A DNA stretch of 64,000 nt from Octopus vulgaris (GCA_951406725.2 OX597816.1:6386001-6450000); one strand, 5' to 3'. Positions 1 through 14,171 are shown, numbered from the stretch's first letter. The notes: generated by a model from the sequence alone, not told the origin. Translations and numbers: made by a program.

Positions 1-177
1 GTCGAGCAAATCGACCCCAGGACCTATTCTTTGTAAGCCTAGTACTTATTCTATCGGCCTCTTTTGCCGAACCGCTAACTTACGGGGACATAAACACACC
101 AGCATCGGTTATCAAGCAATGTTGGGGGGAGGGGGCACAAACAGAGGCACACAAAAATATACACACACACACACACG

Positions 178-227
<50 letters not shown>

Positions 228-390
228 TATACGACGGGCTTCTTTCAGTTTCCGTCTACCAAATACACTCACAAGGCTTTGGTCGGCCCGAGGCTATAGT
301 CGAAGACACTTGCCCAAATTGCCACGCAGTGGAACTGAACCCGGAACCTTGCGGTTCGTAAGCAAGCTACTTACCACACAGCCACTCCTA
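1..390 (-). mobile_element. SINE family A (tRNA-like head, internal TA/CA microsatellite), runs off the window start
   Basis: Aligns to 7708-8128. Confidence 0.85.
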
Positions 391-1589
391 CAATAAGTTT
401 ACAATTAGCTCCGTGGAATATCCACTAGTCCTGCTAGTAAGCTATCATTATTCATTATTTACGTATTTATTTATTTCATAAGTGACTGAAAAAGACCATT
501 ATTGACTATCTCTAATTTTGTCCTGTCCTGAGGTCTGTTTAGACAAAACTGCGGTCATATCAACGTATTCGTAATTACAAATAACGCCATTCCAGGCTAG
601 AGACAATCCTGGTTGTGTTCCTGCTTTTGTAGAAGTTATTCAAAATGGAAATTGTTATAATAGACATTGTACGTTCAGCCAGAAATTTCTTTTACCAGGA
701 GATTACCGTTGCTTGGTAGCGATCACCAATTCCGTATTAGAATTTCCTTGGTCTCATTTTGGAGGAAGATTTTATGAATTCTTTGAGTAAAAGCATGTCT
801 GAAATGTATATATTTCCTTTCGGTATAACAAAATAACTTTTATTGTTGAAAATCTAAAACCTTGTAACATCTTAAAATGACTGAGGGGATGGGGAATATC
901 GAGAGAGTTAGTTTGACGGGGTTATACTAAAGTGACCAATTGGTTGTTTTCACACCATACACTACACACACACACACACACACACACTCATCAGAAATGG
1001 CCGATGAAAAGAAAACTGCAATAACAACATTTTACAATAATTTATCTACGTTTCTGTGTGGTGGGGGGAGGAGCAAGTTATAGGTTTCGTTTTATAGTCA
1101 GCCATGACAAGCAGCGAGTTGCTAGGTTTTCATCTTATTGATTCTATTGTTGATAAAAGAGAGGGAGAAATATTTCATATTAGTGAGTGATATCGAGTGA
1201 TTTTTATGAATCTAGCTGTGATGGAAACAAAGTAATTTTTATTGGTTACAATGTTTCATATTTTCCTACTTTATCTTGTGTGTGTTTGAACAGTTTTGTG
1301 GTTGACGTCATCGCTTCAGCGCCTTTGTTCTTATTATTTAACTGCTAATATTAAAGGAATAAAGATATGAATATGCAATGGAAATTTAAAACAAATAACA
1401 GTACAGGATAAAAACGAACAGTTCTACTACTACAAAGAAAACAGAGCAACTTTATCACAATTTTGCCGACAAATACATTTTTTTTAAATCACGATTTAAA
1501 CAAATTCAGCAAAAATGAAGTTGTTTTCTGTAGCGGTTTACACTGACTGAAAAACATATTTCTAATCTGTTGTTTATAGAGACAATGGA

Positions 1590-1634
<45 letters not shown>

Positions 1635-1635
<1 letters not shown>

Positions 1636-2042
1636 TTTACTCTTTACTCTTTTACTTGTTTCAGTCATTTGACTGCGGCCATGCTGGAGCACCGCCTTTA
1701 GTCGAGCAAATCTTATTCTTTGTAAGCCCAGTACTTATTCTATCGGTCTCTTTTGCCGAACCGCTAAGTTACGGGGACGTAAACACACCAGCATCGGTTG
1801 TCAAGCAATGCTAGGGGGACAAACACAGACACACAAAGACATACACACACATATAAATATATATATATATACATATATACGACAGGCTTCTTTCAGTTTC
1901 TGCCTACCAAATCCATTCACAAGGCATTGGTCGGCCCGGGACTATAGCAGAAGACACTTGCCCAAGATGCCACGCAGTGGGACTGAACCCGGAACCATGT
2001 GGTTGGATAACAAGCTACTTACCACACAGCCACACCTGCGCC

Positions 2043-2043
<1 letters not shown>
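1635..2043 (-). mobile_element. SINE family A, full length
   Basis: Reverse complement of 7708-8128, including the GTAAAAGA tail. Confidence 0.9.
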
Positions 2044-2103
<60 letters not shown>

Positions 2104-2111
2104 CATTATTT

Positions 2112-2478
2112 AATCATTGCCTTTGCACAGCTTCTAACGCTGGAGATGTACTACAGTGTTGTCAGCTGTTCACTACCAGTGAACTAAGGTAACACCTCTT
2201 ATTTTTCGAGTACCTTCCGGTGTATTCGAGCGGTTCCAACCGGTGCTGTCTTCTACAAGTGCTCCACCCTTATTGCAGCCCCTATTTGTTCCACGTACTT
2301 CCCCAGATTTTTGCTCACTGTTCCCAGGGCTCCGACAATTAGTGGTACTACTGCTACCTTTTTCATCGACCACAACTGCTTAACTTCCCAAGCTAACCTG
2401 TCATATCTCTCGACTTTTCTTTCTTCCTTATCGCATACCTTGTTGTCAGCTGGGCATGCTATATCTATTATCCAGCAC

Positions 2479-2480
<2 letters not shown>
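2112..2480 (-). mobile_element. R4/Dong-type non-LTR retrotransposon 3' fragment (RLE domain)
   Basis: CWIIDIACPADNKVCDKEERKVERYDRLAWEVKQLW...PLIVGALG...GTARIHRKVL; (ATT)n on both sides. Confidence 0.85.
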
Positions 2481-2543
<63 letters not shown>

Positions 2544-2544
<1 letters not shown>

Positions 2545-2942
2545 ACGGCGAGCTGGCAGAATCGTTAGCACGCCGGGCGAAATGCTCAGCGGTATTTCGT
2601 CTGCCGTTACGTTCTGAGTTCAAATTCCGCCGAGGTCGACTTCGCCTTTCATCCTTTCGGGGTCGATTAAATAAGTACCAGTTACGCACTGGGGTCGATA
2701 TAATCGACTTAATCCGTTTGTCTGCCCTTGTTTGTCCTCTCTGTGCTTAGCCCCTTATGGGTAGTAAAGAAATAGGTATTTCGCCCGTTGCCACATTCTG
2801 AATTCAAATTCCGCTGAGGTCGACGTTGCCTTTCATCCTTTCGTGGTCGATAAATTAAGTACCAGTGAAACACTGGGGTCGACGTAATCGATTAATCCCC
2901 TTCCCCAAAATGTCAGGCCTTGTGCCTTTTAGTAGAAAGGAT
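2544..2942 (+). mobile_element. SINE family B dimer
   Basis: Head GGCGGCGAGCTGGCAGAATCGTTAG, B-box GAGTTCAAATTCC and core GCCTTTCATCCTTTCGGGGTCGAT...AAGTACCAG (resembles the MetaSINE-type core, from memory). Monomers also occur near 13166, 13872, 20863, 22411, 24956, 25890, 28745, 35220, 35622, 35838, 43697, 44797, 49238, 50555, 52177, 52840 and 57805. Confidence 0.88.
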
Positions 2943-3013
2943 TATTATTATTATCATTATTATTATCCCTTAGATGGTAATATTTTGTTGCGTAGAAATA
3001 CATCCCTATAGAA

Positions 3014-3089
3014 TAGTGGTTCACAACCTTTTCACTACCAAGGACCCCGTTTATTTAAATGAGTCTTTCCACGGACTCCTTTTAATATG

Positions 3090-3133
<44 letters not shown>

Positions 3134-3625
3134 ACTAGCAGTATCACCCGGCGTTGCTCGGGTTTGTAAGGGAAATAACTATATAAGCATTTTTAGAGAT
3201 GTAAAGTATAATAACCATCTCAATATGGCTAACCACAAAGTGGGGGGGTTACTGTAGCTTTTTACGTTCTGAGATTTAATAATACATTTTTAGAGAGTTA
3301 CTTCCCGTATATAAACCGAGCGAAAATGCATTAAAAATACGGAGAAATGATGGTAATTTTTTTTTTAAATCGTAGACTCATCGTAGACGCGCGCTAATAC
3401 CCACAAGGGCTCGATATGAATCACGACTATAAGATACCCGCTTTTGGTTAAACTGCACTGCAAAATGTGGGAGTAGTTAGGAATCTAAATCGTAGGAGAC
3501 AGACACACAACCTTACTTTTATATATAAAGATATATATATATGAAATTTTGAATTTAGTTCACGGACCCCCAGTACTATTTTGCAGGCCACCAGGAGTCC
3601 GCGGACTCCAGATTGGAAACCATTG
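3014..3625. mobile_element. hAT (Charlie-type) MITE containing a nested (TA)n and a Helitron
   Basis: TIRs TAGTGGTTCACAACC / GATTGGAAACCATTG; 8-bp TSD CTATAGAA / CTCTAGAA. Confidence 0.75.
3135..3531 (-). mobile_element. Non-autonomous Helitron
   Basis: 5' TC, 3' hairpin CCCGAGCAACGCCGGG about 8 nt before terminal CTAG, inserted between A and T, no TSD. Confidence 0.8.
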
Positions 3626-3761
3626 CTCTAGAATATAGACCAGCTCTCCATAGCAACTCAAAGAAGGTATATGTGGCTAATTATGCATTTCTTTTGCGCA
3701 AACATTTCCCCCATAAGTATATTGTCTGTACTTTTAGTATATACAATATACACAAACAGCA

Positions 3762-4146
3762 GTGGAGGCGCAATGGCCCAGTGGTTAGGGCAGCGGACTC
3801 GCGGTCATAGGATCGCGGTTTCGATTCCCAGACCGGGCGTTGTGAGTATTTATTGAGCGAAAACACCTAAAAGCTCCACGAGGCTCCGGCAGGGGATGGT
3901 GGTGATCCCTGCTGTACTCTTTCACCACAACTTTCTCTCACTCTTACTTCCTGTTTCTGTTGTACCTGTATTTCAAAGGGCCGGCCTTGTCACTCTCTGT
4001 GTCACGCTGAATATCCCCGAGAACTACGTTAAGGGTACACGTGTCTGTGGAATGCTCATCCACTTACACGTTAATTTCACGAGCAGGCTGTTCCGTTGAT
4101 TCGGATCAACCGGAACCCTCGTCGTCGTATCCGACGGAGTGCTTCC
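3762..4146 (+). mobile_element. SINE family C (tRNA-like head)
   Basis: TGGCCCAGTGG and GGTTTCGATTCCC boxes; 14-bp TSD ATACACAAACAGyA. Confidence 0.9.
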
Positions 4147-4369
4147 ATACACAAACAGTACCTACTAAATCTAATGATTTACCGTCAGAAACTGGAGGTT
4201 GCCTTTGGCAGATTAAATACCGAGGTAAGAAAATCAAAACTATTTGCATTCATAAAAATTCAGATACACACATACACTCCTTCTTTCTCTCCTCTCTCTC
4301 CCTCACACGCGCGCGCGCTTCCACTTTTCCTCTTTCTCTCTCTCTCAGACTCACACACTCCCAATTTTA

Positions 4370-4438
<69 letters not shown>

Positions 4439-4782
4439 TACCTCTCACATACATTCCCATTCACATACATATAATTATTAATATAGAAGTAGGAGACTGC
4501 CAACAAACAGACGCGAAGCAGACCCGGTGTAGAGAAGCCATGTTATTGATGAGGTCGCAAATGGCGACGAAAAACTTTGACAAGCCAAACTAACTGAATG
4601 ATTAATTGACTGGCCGAACGATTAATTTTAACTATCGATTAATTAATTGGTTAAATGTTAAACAATTGACAAATAGATAATAAAAAGTGAAATAGATGTG
4701 GTGCGTGTGTTTATTTTGACATAATGACCCTCCCGAGATACAACAAAATCTGTTTCAACACACAAATTCATATTATTATTAT

Positions 4783-4783
<1 letters not shown>

Positions 4784-4843
<60 letters not shown>

Positions 4844-4850
4844 GGTGGTG

Positions 4851-4924
<74 letters not shown>

Positions 4925-4981
4925 TGTAGTGGTGGTAGTAGTAGTAGTAGTGGTAGTAGTAGTAGTAGTAGTAGTTGTAGT
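4784..4981. repeat. (TAG)n/(TGG)n microsatellite
   Basis: Read directly. Confidence 0.95.
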
Positions 4982-5534
4982 GAGAGAGAGCAGTGCATGC
5001 CATCGAAGTGACACTGGGGTAATATATACGATACCCTGTATACCCATCATGACTACCCGTCTGATAAGGGTAGAATAGAGGCACATGCATCACAAACATA
5101 TGTGCGTGATATGGTGATCTCATATGAAGATAAACAGCGCATGATCTTGCGGGTGGGGCCCAGTTAGAATTTTCTTCTGGTCGAGTAACCCATCCTGCTT
5201 AAAAGGGTTGTTTAAGGATGTTGAATGAAACACCCATGTTTCCAAAGGTGAATTATTCAAACCCCAAAGAATCCCTCTCAACACATGGCTATGATTCTCC
5301 CCCACTACTTCTGCTCGTGGTCAGAGATGCACATATCGTCACTAAGGGACATGCTCAACTGGTTATGGTCAAACAACTGACAAGCAAATCTGTGATATTG
5401 AGCAGAATATTTGCTGTAGGCCATCTTTTATACCAAGACAAAACAATGTACGTGATAACAATTCTAATCAGTTAAGATCAGAAACCATGAGAGCCACTGC
5501 CTGCTACTGCATCATCATCATCATCATCATCATC

Positions 5535-5592
<58 letters not shown>

Positions 5593-5594
<2 letters not shown>

Positions 5595-6134
5595 TAGTTT
5601 TATTTTTATAGCGTGCTTTCACTTCACTACCGAGCGCAGCTCTGTGTGCCTTAGGTATGTGCTGTGATTTGTTGTGATGCTCTGATGGTTATTGTATGGA
5701 AAGTGTTCTGCGTAGGATGTGTGGAGTGCCTAGTAGTGCAATTTTCTGTACGATATATGTGTTTGTAAGTCCTGGTGTTTTTCTGATGTATTTTACTGAA
5801 TATTTTTTTATCATGCCTAATGCACCTACTATGATAGGAATTGCTTCTGTTTTTAGATTCCACATTCTAGTTACCTCTATTTCCAGGTCTTTGTATTTTG
5901 AAAGTTTCTCCATTTCTTTTAGAGACACGTTGTCATCTGCCGGTATTGATACATCAATTAGAAAGCATTTTTTTCTTCATGATCTCTAACAATTATATCT
6001 GGTCTGTTGGCCTTAATTTCTCTATCTGTGTGTATCGGCATATCCCAGAGTATGGTTGCTTTCTCGTTCTCTGTGACCTTTTCTGGTGTGTGCCTATACC
6101 ATCTTTTTTCTGTTGTTATTCCATAATGTTGGCA

Positions 6135-6136
<2 letters not shown>
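5593..6136 (-). mobile_element. R4/Dong-type LINE 3' fragment (RLE domain, one frameshift)
   Basis: ILWDMPIHTDREIKANRPDII...IDVSIPADDN...EKLSKYKDL...PIIVGALG...QKIALLGTPHILRRTL; embedded in (ATT)n. Confidence 0.92.
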
Positions 6137-6200
<64 letters not shown>

Positions 6201-6644
6201 CTTATGTTTTACTTTTGCTTTGTATTTGTACAAGTTGACTCCAAGTCTCACCGAGAGACCTCAAGAGACAACAAGTTAGAAGTTCAAATTCGTGTTATGA
6301 CTAGGATATCATACTTTTGGTTTTTGCACAGAGTATTGTTCTGGAAAATGTCCATAAAACATAAGAAAATTAAAAGTTTGTTTCAAAAGAAGATAAGCGT
6401 GATCTAAGATGACAGTAAAATGTGTTTAAGATAAGACGATAGTGTGATGTAAGATGACAGCGAAAGGTGTTTCCTGTTAGGCACATTTAAAAGTACTTTT
6501 AATAGTGCTTACAGAGTAAAATGCTTTTGGAATCACATAGACAATATTTTTCTTAAGATATAAGCAGTTCTCATGAGCACTGTTTTTTTTTTTATTTTAC
6601 CCATTTTGTGATTTTCTGGTATCATTTTTTATCACTATTATTAC

Positions 6645-6712
<68 letters not shown>

Positions 6713-7038
6713 GTTTGAGTTTTCCTTTGTTTTTGTACAAGTTGGCTCCAAGTCTCACCCAGAGACCTCAAGAGACAACAAGTTAGAAGTTCATGTTGGT
6801 GTTATGCTTAGGGTGTCATAAGGTTGGTTTTGTACACAGTATTGTTCTAGAGAATGTTTGTTTTAAAATTTGAGATTACATAGAAAGTATTTTGCGTAGG
6901 ATATGAGCAGTTCCCATGAGCACTATCTTTTGAATTTCTACCATTTTGGGGTTTCTTGGTATCTGAGCTAGGTAGGAATGAGCCCCTTTCGCTATTAATC
7001 CAAGGGCACCTTTGACAACAGGTATTGTTTTAGTCTTA
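6201..7038 (-). mobile_element. Two older R4/Dong-type 3' fragments (6201-6635 and 6711-7038)
   Basis: KTKTIPVVKGALGLIAKG...IQKIVLMGTAHILRKILSM*. Both share a 3' UTR that is also present at 45038-45150, and they are separated by (ATT)n. Confidence 0.8.
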
Positions 7039-7707
7039 TCATTATCATCATCATCATCATCATTGTTACTATGAATTCAGGTCATGGATGAGAATTAAGA
7101 TACAAAAGTACAAAACAATCGACCAATCTAGAAAGAAATTCTTATTGGAAGGAATTCAGACTTTCTTCTTCTATGTCAAAGAGGAACATAACAAACCTAA
7201 CAAGCGGTTCTATTTCAGACGTTCGTATTAATGTTACTCTCTGTGTTATATTTCGTTGCAACATTTCACAGCTAAGTTTTAAATGCTGTGATTTTAATGA
7301 CCCCGAAGGCAAAAAGCTGACTCAGGCAAAAGCTATCTTAGAGTACAAAAACTGGAAAAACACAGCAAGCCATAACAATTACAGATTCTTGAGCTGTCGC
7401 CTTACAGCATTTCAGGCTTAATTGCAATCATATCGCAGAAAGTAATTAAGAATCTCGAAAGCAACAGCTCGTAACCAGAGGAGTAGAAGCGATGTTAAAA
7501 GGTTCCTAACAGTATAAAGATTAATTATTAATCAACGAATACTCTAGAAAGATAAAGAAAAGCCTGAGGATAAAGCGCAGTAAATCCAAGGTTTTCAAAA
7601 ATGTCGTCATACGTGGTTCCTGGAAATATTCACCATAACTAAAATAGCACCCATAATAAGCAGATTCGTTAAATATGGAATGAATAAATGGTAAACAATA
7701 TTAAAAT

Positions 7708-8128
7708 AGGCGCAGGAGTGGCTGTGTGGTAAGTAGCTTGCTAACCAACCACATGGTTCCGGGTTCAGTCCCACTGCGTGGCATCTTGGGCAAGTGTCTG
7801 CTGCTATAGCCCCGGGCCGATCAATGCCTTGTGAGTGGATTTGGTAGACGGAAACTGAAAGAAGCCTGTCGTATATATGTATGTATATATATATATATGT
7901 GTGTGTGTGTATGTGTTTGTGTATCTGTGTTTGTCCCCCTAGCATTGCTTGACAACCGATGCTGGTGTGTTTACGTCCCCGTAAGTTAGCGGTTCGGCAA
8001 AAGAGACCGATAGAATAAGTACTGGGCTTACAAAGAATAAGTCCCGGGGTCGATTTGCTCGACTAAATGCGGTGCTCCAACATGGCCACTGTCAAATGAC
8101 TGAAACAAGTAAAAGAGTAAAAGAGTAA
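7708..8128 (+). mobile_element. SINE family A, full length (reference copy)
   Basis: A-box-like TGGCTGTGTGG, B-box-like GGTTCAGTCCC and (GTAAAAGA)n tail. Further partial copies at 8215-8460 with 9255-9375 (-), 28997-29145, 36180-36436 (-) and 42280-42420. Confidence 0.9.
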
Positions 8129-8458
8129 AATGAAGACAAAAGAAGGAAATATATCTCTATTAGAAGAATTATTATCCAAGAAGACTCCTTCTCTCCGTAT
8201 ATTTTCTTCCTTTTTTTATCTTTTATCTTACACTTGTATCATCCATTAGACTACGGCCATACTAGAGCACAGTTTTCAAGAATTTTTAGTTGAATGCATC
8301 ACATCCAGCACTTATTTTTTAAAGTCTGGTACTTATTCTACCGGTGTCTTTTACCGAACCGCTAAGTTAAGAGGATGTAAGCATACCAACATCGGATGTC
8401 AAGTGGTGGTAGGAAACAGAGACACAAAGACATACACATGTATGCATGAGTACACATA

Positions 8459-8554
<96 letters not shown>

Positions 8555-8711
8555 CATACATATATTGTGTAGGTATCAATTTAGAGGGGTCTCATATCTC
8601 TAAGGGGTAATTAAATCCAGAGTCGCTCCTGGCTATTCGCTGGAAAGGTACAGTCTTTTGTAAGGCAGTACGGTTGCAGGTGGTTCGGTTGGTAAACAGG
8701 AATTTAGGTTA

Positions 8712-8888
8712 TATAGAAGAAGAAAATGGATATAATAACAATGGGAGCATCGTGGTTTTCGCTGATATGTCTTTAATTAAATAGATAACAAAGAAGTAAG
8801 AAGCTTCTTCCTTCTTTGTTATCCATTTAATTTAAGACATAGCGAAAACCACGAGCTTCTCCTTGTTATTATATCCATTTTCTTCTCC

Positions 8889-8892
<4 letters not shown>
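8712..8892. repeat. Imperfect palindrome of about 180 bp with no loop
   Basis: Centre AAGAAG|CTTCTT at 8803/8804; the arms pair out to the ends. Confidence 0.9.
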
Positions 8893-8930
<38 letters not shown>

Positions 8931-8933
8931 CAT

Positions 8934-9017
<84 letters not shown>

Positions 9018-9135
9018 CTAGCAGTATCGCCCGGCGTTGCTCAGGTTTGTAAGGGAAATAACTATAAAGCATTTTTAGAGAGTTATAGCCAAAAAAATAG
9101 CAAAAAGATCGATTTTTTTACAGAACTGGGGAACT
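9018..9135 (-). mobile_element. Internally deleted Helitron of the 51719 type
   Basis: Same CTAG and hairpin end, joined to an internal piece matching 51917-51943. Confidence 0.7.
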
Positions 9136-9156
9136 ATCTATATATATATAAGTTTC

Positions 9157-9256
<100 letters not shown>

Positions 9257-9479
9257 AAGTGCTTTCAGTTTCCGTCTACCAAATCCACTCACAAGGCCTT
9301 GGTCAGCCCAACGCCATAGTAGAAGACACTTGCCTATGGAGCCATGCAGTAGGACTGAATCCAGAAACTGCGCCTAGTACTAACATATTCAACTGACATG
9401 TTGAACAGGACTGAACTCGGATGCAAAATATTGGTCAGCAGGTCAAGAAAAAGATCCGATTTTGACCGATACCTGAAAT

Positions 9480-9900
9480 AAGTTGACCCAGGAGGCAATA
9501 ATATGTAAATAATAACCGCAGCACTGACCTAGAAGGATAACATTGAAATTTGAGACTAAAGGAGTTACCATTGTATCACAGGATCAAAGCCTTCATACCA
9601 GAAACCCCAAGAGCAGTCCCCATTAAATGCAGAATGTGAGGGAAAGAGAAGAATGATTTAACTGCATCGTCTGCCGGTATGACAGGGTTGGGATTTCCAT
9701 ACAGTCGATGCTATGGCCAGAATAATGAAATACTGACAGATAAGAAATGGTCTAAATATACACAAGAAAAGGTTTTGGTTAATGATTAATACTCCATACT
9801 CTGAAATATAACCACACGGACAGAGTGATCAAGGTGTGTGACCATTAATGCTTTCTAATGGAAATAAAAGTCTCCCAACGGAATGTATTTAACATCAAGT
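9480..9900 (+). mobile_element. Degenerate R4/Dong-type LINE fragment
   Basis: LKFETKGVTIVSQDQSLHTRN...KCRM, the region leading into the CCHC knuckle, with stops and frameshifts. Confidence 0.55.
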
Positions 9901-10098
9901 AACAGGGAAGAAAGCTGCTATTATAGAATTTGTTCTTTAACCATTTCCTACTCTGCAGCAAAGTTATAAACTTACCGTATCACTTCAAAAGTATGACTAA
10001 CAGAATTTATTTCATGAATTGAAGTCAGAAAGCATTTTTATCCTTTAATCCATCATTCTGACATTTTCGATCAACACTGCTCAATCACACACACACAA

Positions 10099-10176
<78 letters not shown>

Positions 10177-10267
10177 TGGAAGGTTTGGAGATGATGTACA
10201 GGTATTATATATTAGAAGAAATGAGGTAATCAGAAGATCGGATGGTTTATATTTACAGATATTTATT

Positions 10268-10337
<70 letters not shown>

Positions 10338-11539
10338 TATTACTGAGTCATATGGTAGTCATGTGACCGCTAATTTCAGACGGGAGCAAATTCGATTAGA
10401 TAAACCTCTTCACCAGATTATTGTTTGTCTTATCATTTGCAGAAAGATGAGAAGCAAATTTGACGCTGGTGATATTCGAACTCATAACTTACAGATATGC
10501 ATAAGACTACCATAATAATGTAGTTTGTCAAACTAACCTCACTGTATAAATTTTTAAGATTACTGGTATGTTTTTATATCCTCTTCGATAACCGTGTTGG
10601 GAGCAGAGCAGTGATTTAGCAAAGGAGATCGAATATTAAACCTTTAGTGTTTTGTTTAGTGCACCTACGTCATAAATAAAAACCCTATTATTGTCGATAA
10701 ACCATAAGAAAATATGCAATACGATTGAATGAATTCGCTTGAACACAATCCCATTCCTTTAAAATGACTTACAGATTAACGCGTTAACTTCTACGTGTAC
10801 CAGCAGTGGTTCGTCGCCAACTTCACACATATCCACCACCGGTGGTATATTTTCATTATTTTGGGAAATGCTTTATTCTGTATCGTTGACGTGCTTTCAA
10901 GGTTATTTAAATAACATGAGTGCTAAATATTCAGGTTTAATTATGAACGTTGCAAAAATGCAAACAAAAAATTAATTACATTTCCTTGTAATTAAACAGT
11001 ATGCAGTGTGATCAAAAGTACGTGGCGTCACCTGTAAGTACCTGTAATAGGCCGTGGCAGTTAGCGTGTTAATCGGTTAAATCTAAACTAGGAGTACATT
11101 TTACACCTAACAATTATTGAAAGTTAACGCCAAAGCTATTTTAAAACTGAAAGCTATAGTTCGTATCGACAGCACAGAAATGAGATCAGTCTTATCGGGA
11201 TATCATTAAAATTGTTAGAGTAGCATAGATTAAGATTTAAGTGACTTCACTATGGATACCATAACACCGGCAGGACAAAATAGAAAAATCGATAGGACAG
11301 ACTTTGCTTTTGTTTTGACGGAGATCGAGGGAAAAAATGCTTGTAATATGCTGAGGCCAACCGAATTAACTAAACCCGTGTCCCATAAATGAATATCGCA
11401 ACCTTTCTAAACTAAATTGTTTGTCTGTGATTTGAAAACGTTTGGTGGAGTTTATTCAGCGGGAATATACCATTTCAGAATGGTGTTGTAATAACGTAAT
11501 AATGTAAGTCCTGATGAATTGTAGGTAACAATGATGAAA

Positions 11540-11788
11540 ATAATAAATATAATAATAATAAATGCGCACTTGACCCGGTTTCCCGGTTTCTATGGCGTAT
11601 GTGTTCCCCAGCTGGACAGGACACCAGTCCATCACAGCGTTACTCATTTTTGCCAGCTGAGTGGACTGAAGCACAGTGAAATGAAGTGTTTTGCTCAAGA
11701 ACACAACACGTCGCCCAGTCCAGGAATCGAAACCACAATCTTACGATCATGATGCTGACACCCTAACCACTAAGCCACGCGCCTCCAC
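11540..11788 (-). mobile_element. tRNA-headed SINE with CORE-like centre
   Basis: 13-bp TSD AACAATGATGAAA; relatives at 54870-55090 (-) and 20005-20250 (+). Confidence 0.85.
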
Positions 11789-12073
11789 AACAATGATGAA
11801 ACCTATGCTTAATTTCATAAAACTACCAGTTGTTAATAACCTTACCTGGTGTTAATTGCCCTACCTGTTGTTAATGACAACACTTGGCGTGTGTGACTTT
11901 TACCTTTGTTCCAAGTCGAGAGTCATTGTTGACACTCTCATGATACCTTGGAAGGACGTCATCATATTTCGTCAATCTATTACCAGGAACCTCCCACCTT
12001 GCAATTTGAAGGCACGTTTACCAATTTTACAGAAATTGTTCGCCATTCTAGATGGTCTGTTTACAGCGCAGCA

Positions 12074-12128
<55 letters not shown>

Positions 12129-12154
12129 TAGCAGCAGCAGCAGCAGCAGTAAAA

Positions 12155-12210
<56 letters not shown>

Positions 12211-13463
12211 TGATTCCCCGCTACTCCTGGCAGATAACCCATTTACACCATTCGGGCTAAAACCCCTCCATTCCAAGTAGCCTTTGGTGGTGAGGATTTT
12301 AAGAGGCTGGCGTGCAAATCCTACTTCGACCCCCTTTTAGTCGGCTTTTAAGACAAGCAGGAGAGACAAGCAGGGTTTATTCACACATATGTCAAATCCC
12401 CACAAAGTACTATAGCAACGTGAAGTGAAGTGACTTCTTGAAGAACAGAACAATCTGCCCGATCTGGGAATCGAACCTAAGATCTGCCGACCAAGCATGG
12501 TTTGAATATGAATATTCTGGTGATTTGATCACTGATACAAAGCACAACAAGAGACAAAATACAAACAATCGATCTTTCACCTAGCTTTCCGCTTTTGTAT
12601 CACCTGGCCAACTACGTTTATGCACCGAACCGCTAAAAACAACTTAGAATTCGTTGTTGTCAGCATATCTAAAGAACTTGCAAAAACTTTTATTATTCCT
12701 GACATTTGATAAAAGCTAATCTTAACACAATCAACAATTTGTCTTTTGAGCCAATCGTTCTTCGATCCATTGATTTCATTTGTAGTGATTTCAAGACAAC
12801 AATGTCTGATAACCAAATACATTCCGGGTACTCTCTCGCAAAGATAACAGCAATTGCTAACTGACCCAAACAATTGAGATTACTTAAATAACACTTGTCA
12901 ATGAAGTATGGTGAAAAACAGAGATAAACTTTATTAATTAACGCTCTTAACTTTAATAGTTTTTTTTTTCTTCTCTTTATGCTTTCACTCTATTCTTATC
13001 TGTTTTTCATGATTGTCTTATCTCCATATATTTCATTCTTCTCTTTAATTCCTGTTTTTAGTTTCTTCGCTTAATTATTTATATATCACAATATTTCGTA
13101 TAAAATTTTGAATTGATTGAGCTCTAATGGAACAGAAAAAAATATTTGAATATTTCGTTTAACTCAGGCGGTGAGCTGACAAAATCATTAGCACGCCGAA
13201 CAAAATGCTTAGCGACATTTCGTCCGTCTTTACGTTCTGAGTTCAAAATACCGCTGGGGTAAACGTTGCCTTTCATCCTTTCAGGGTCGATAAAATAAGT
13301 ACCAGTTGAACACTGGGGGTCGAGGTAAACGACTGACCCCTTATCCCAAAATTACTGGTCTTGCGCCAGAATGTAAAAACCAACGTTTCGTTTAATTAAA
13401 CCGAATCTCCATTCTTGATTATAATGAATACATTACATTTCTAGAACAATCATAGATGTTATA

Positions 13464-13712
13464 CGAGGGTGAGTCAAAAAGTAATGCCATTTTGTTTAGG
13501 ACAGGTATAATTACCAACACAGGAACATGTATCATACATCAAAATGAATCTGGTACTCTGTGGATCACATCCCTACTTCTCAACATAGTCACCGTTTCTC
13601 TCAGTAGCAATGCTCCACCTTCGAATGAGAGCATGTATCCCTGCCCCGTAAAATTCTGTTACCTGTTGTTTCAGCCACTTCTTCACTACAGTTTTCACTT
13701 CCTCGTCACTGG
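13464..13712 (-). mobile_element. Mariner transposon 3' end (transposase C-terminus plus one TIR)
   Basis: SDEEVKTVVKKWLKQQVTEFYGAGIHALIRRWSIATERNGDYVEK* at 13573-13710; terminus TA|CGAGGG. Confidence 0.9.
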
Positions 13713-14096
13713 ACTATTATCTCTTCGGTCCCATTACAAAGGGTTTGAGAGGCAAACATTATTCGGGACTTTTCATATTATTCATACACCAGAATAATAA
13801 ATCTGTTCTCACCAAAAGCATAGACTAACCCATCAGATTAAAGTAAAACTGGTTTTATTATAACTGAACATAAGGCAGTGAGCTACAGAATCATTAGCAC
13901 GCCAGGCGAAATGCTTAGCGGTATTTCGTCCGGCATTACATTATGAGTTCATATTTCGTGGCTGTCGACTTTGCCTTTTATCCTTTCGAGATCGATAAAA
14001 TAAGTGCCACTTAAATATTGGAGTCCCTTCCCCCAAAATATCAGGCTTTGCACCTATAGTTGAAAGGATTTTAATGGAACATAAAAACAAACATTA

Positions 14097-14168
<72 letters not shown>

Positions 14169-14171
14169 GTA

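Noticed and set aside
576-789. Open frame of about 70 codons (ARDNPGCVPAFVEV...) in unique sequence
   Set aside because: No start, weak splice signals and no recognisable homology.
3762-3840. tRNA genes at SINE heads
   Set aside because: A and B boxes are present, but I found no complete cloverleaf. They continue into SINE bodies bounded by TSDs.
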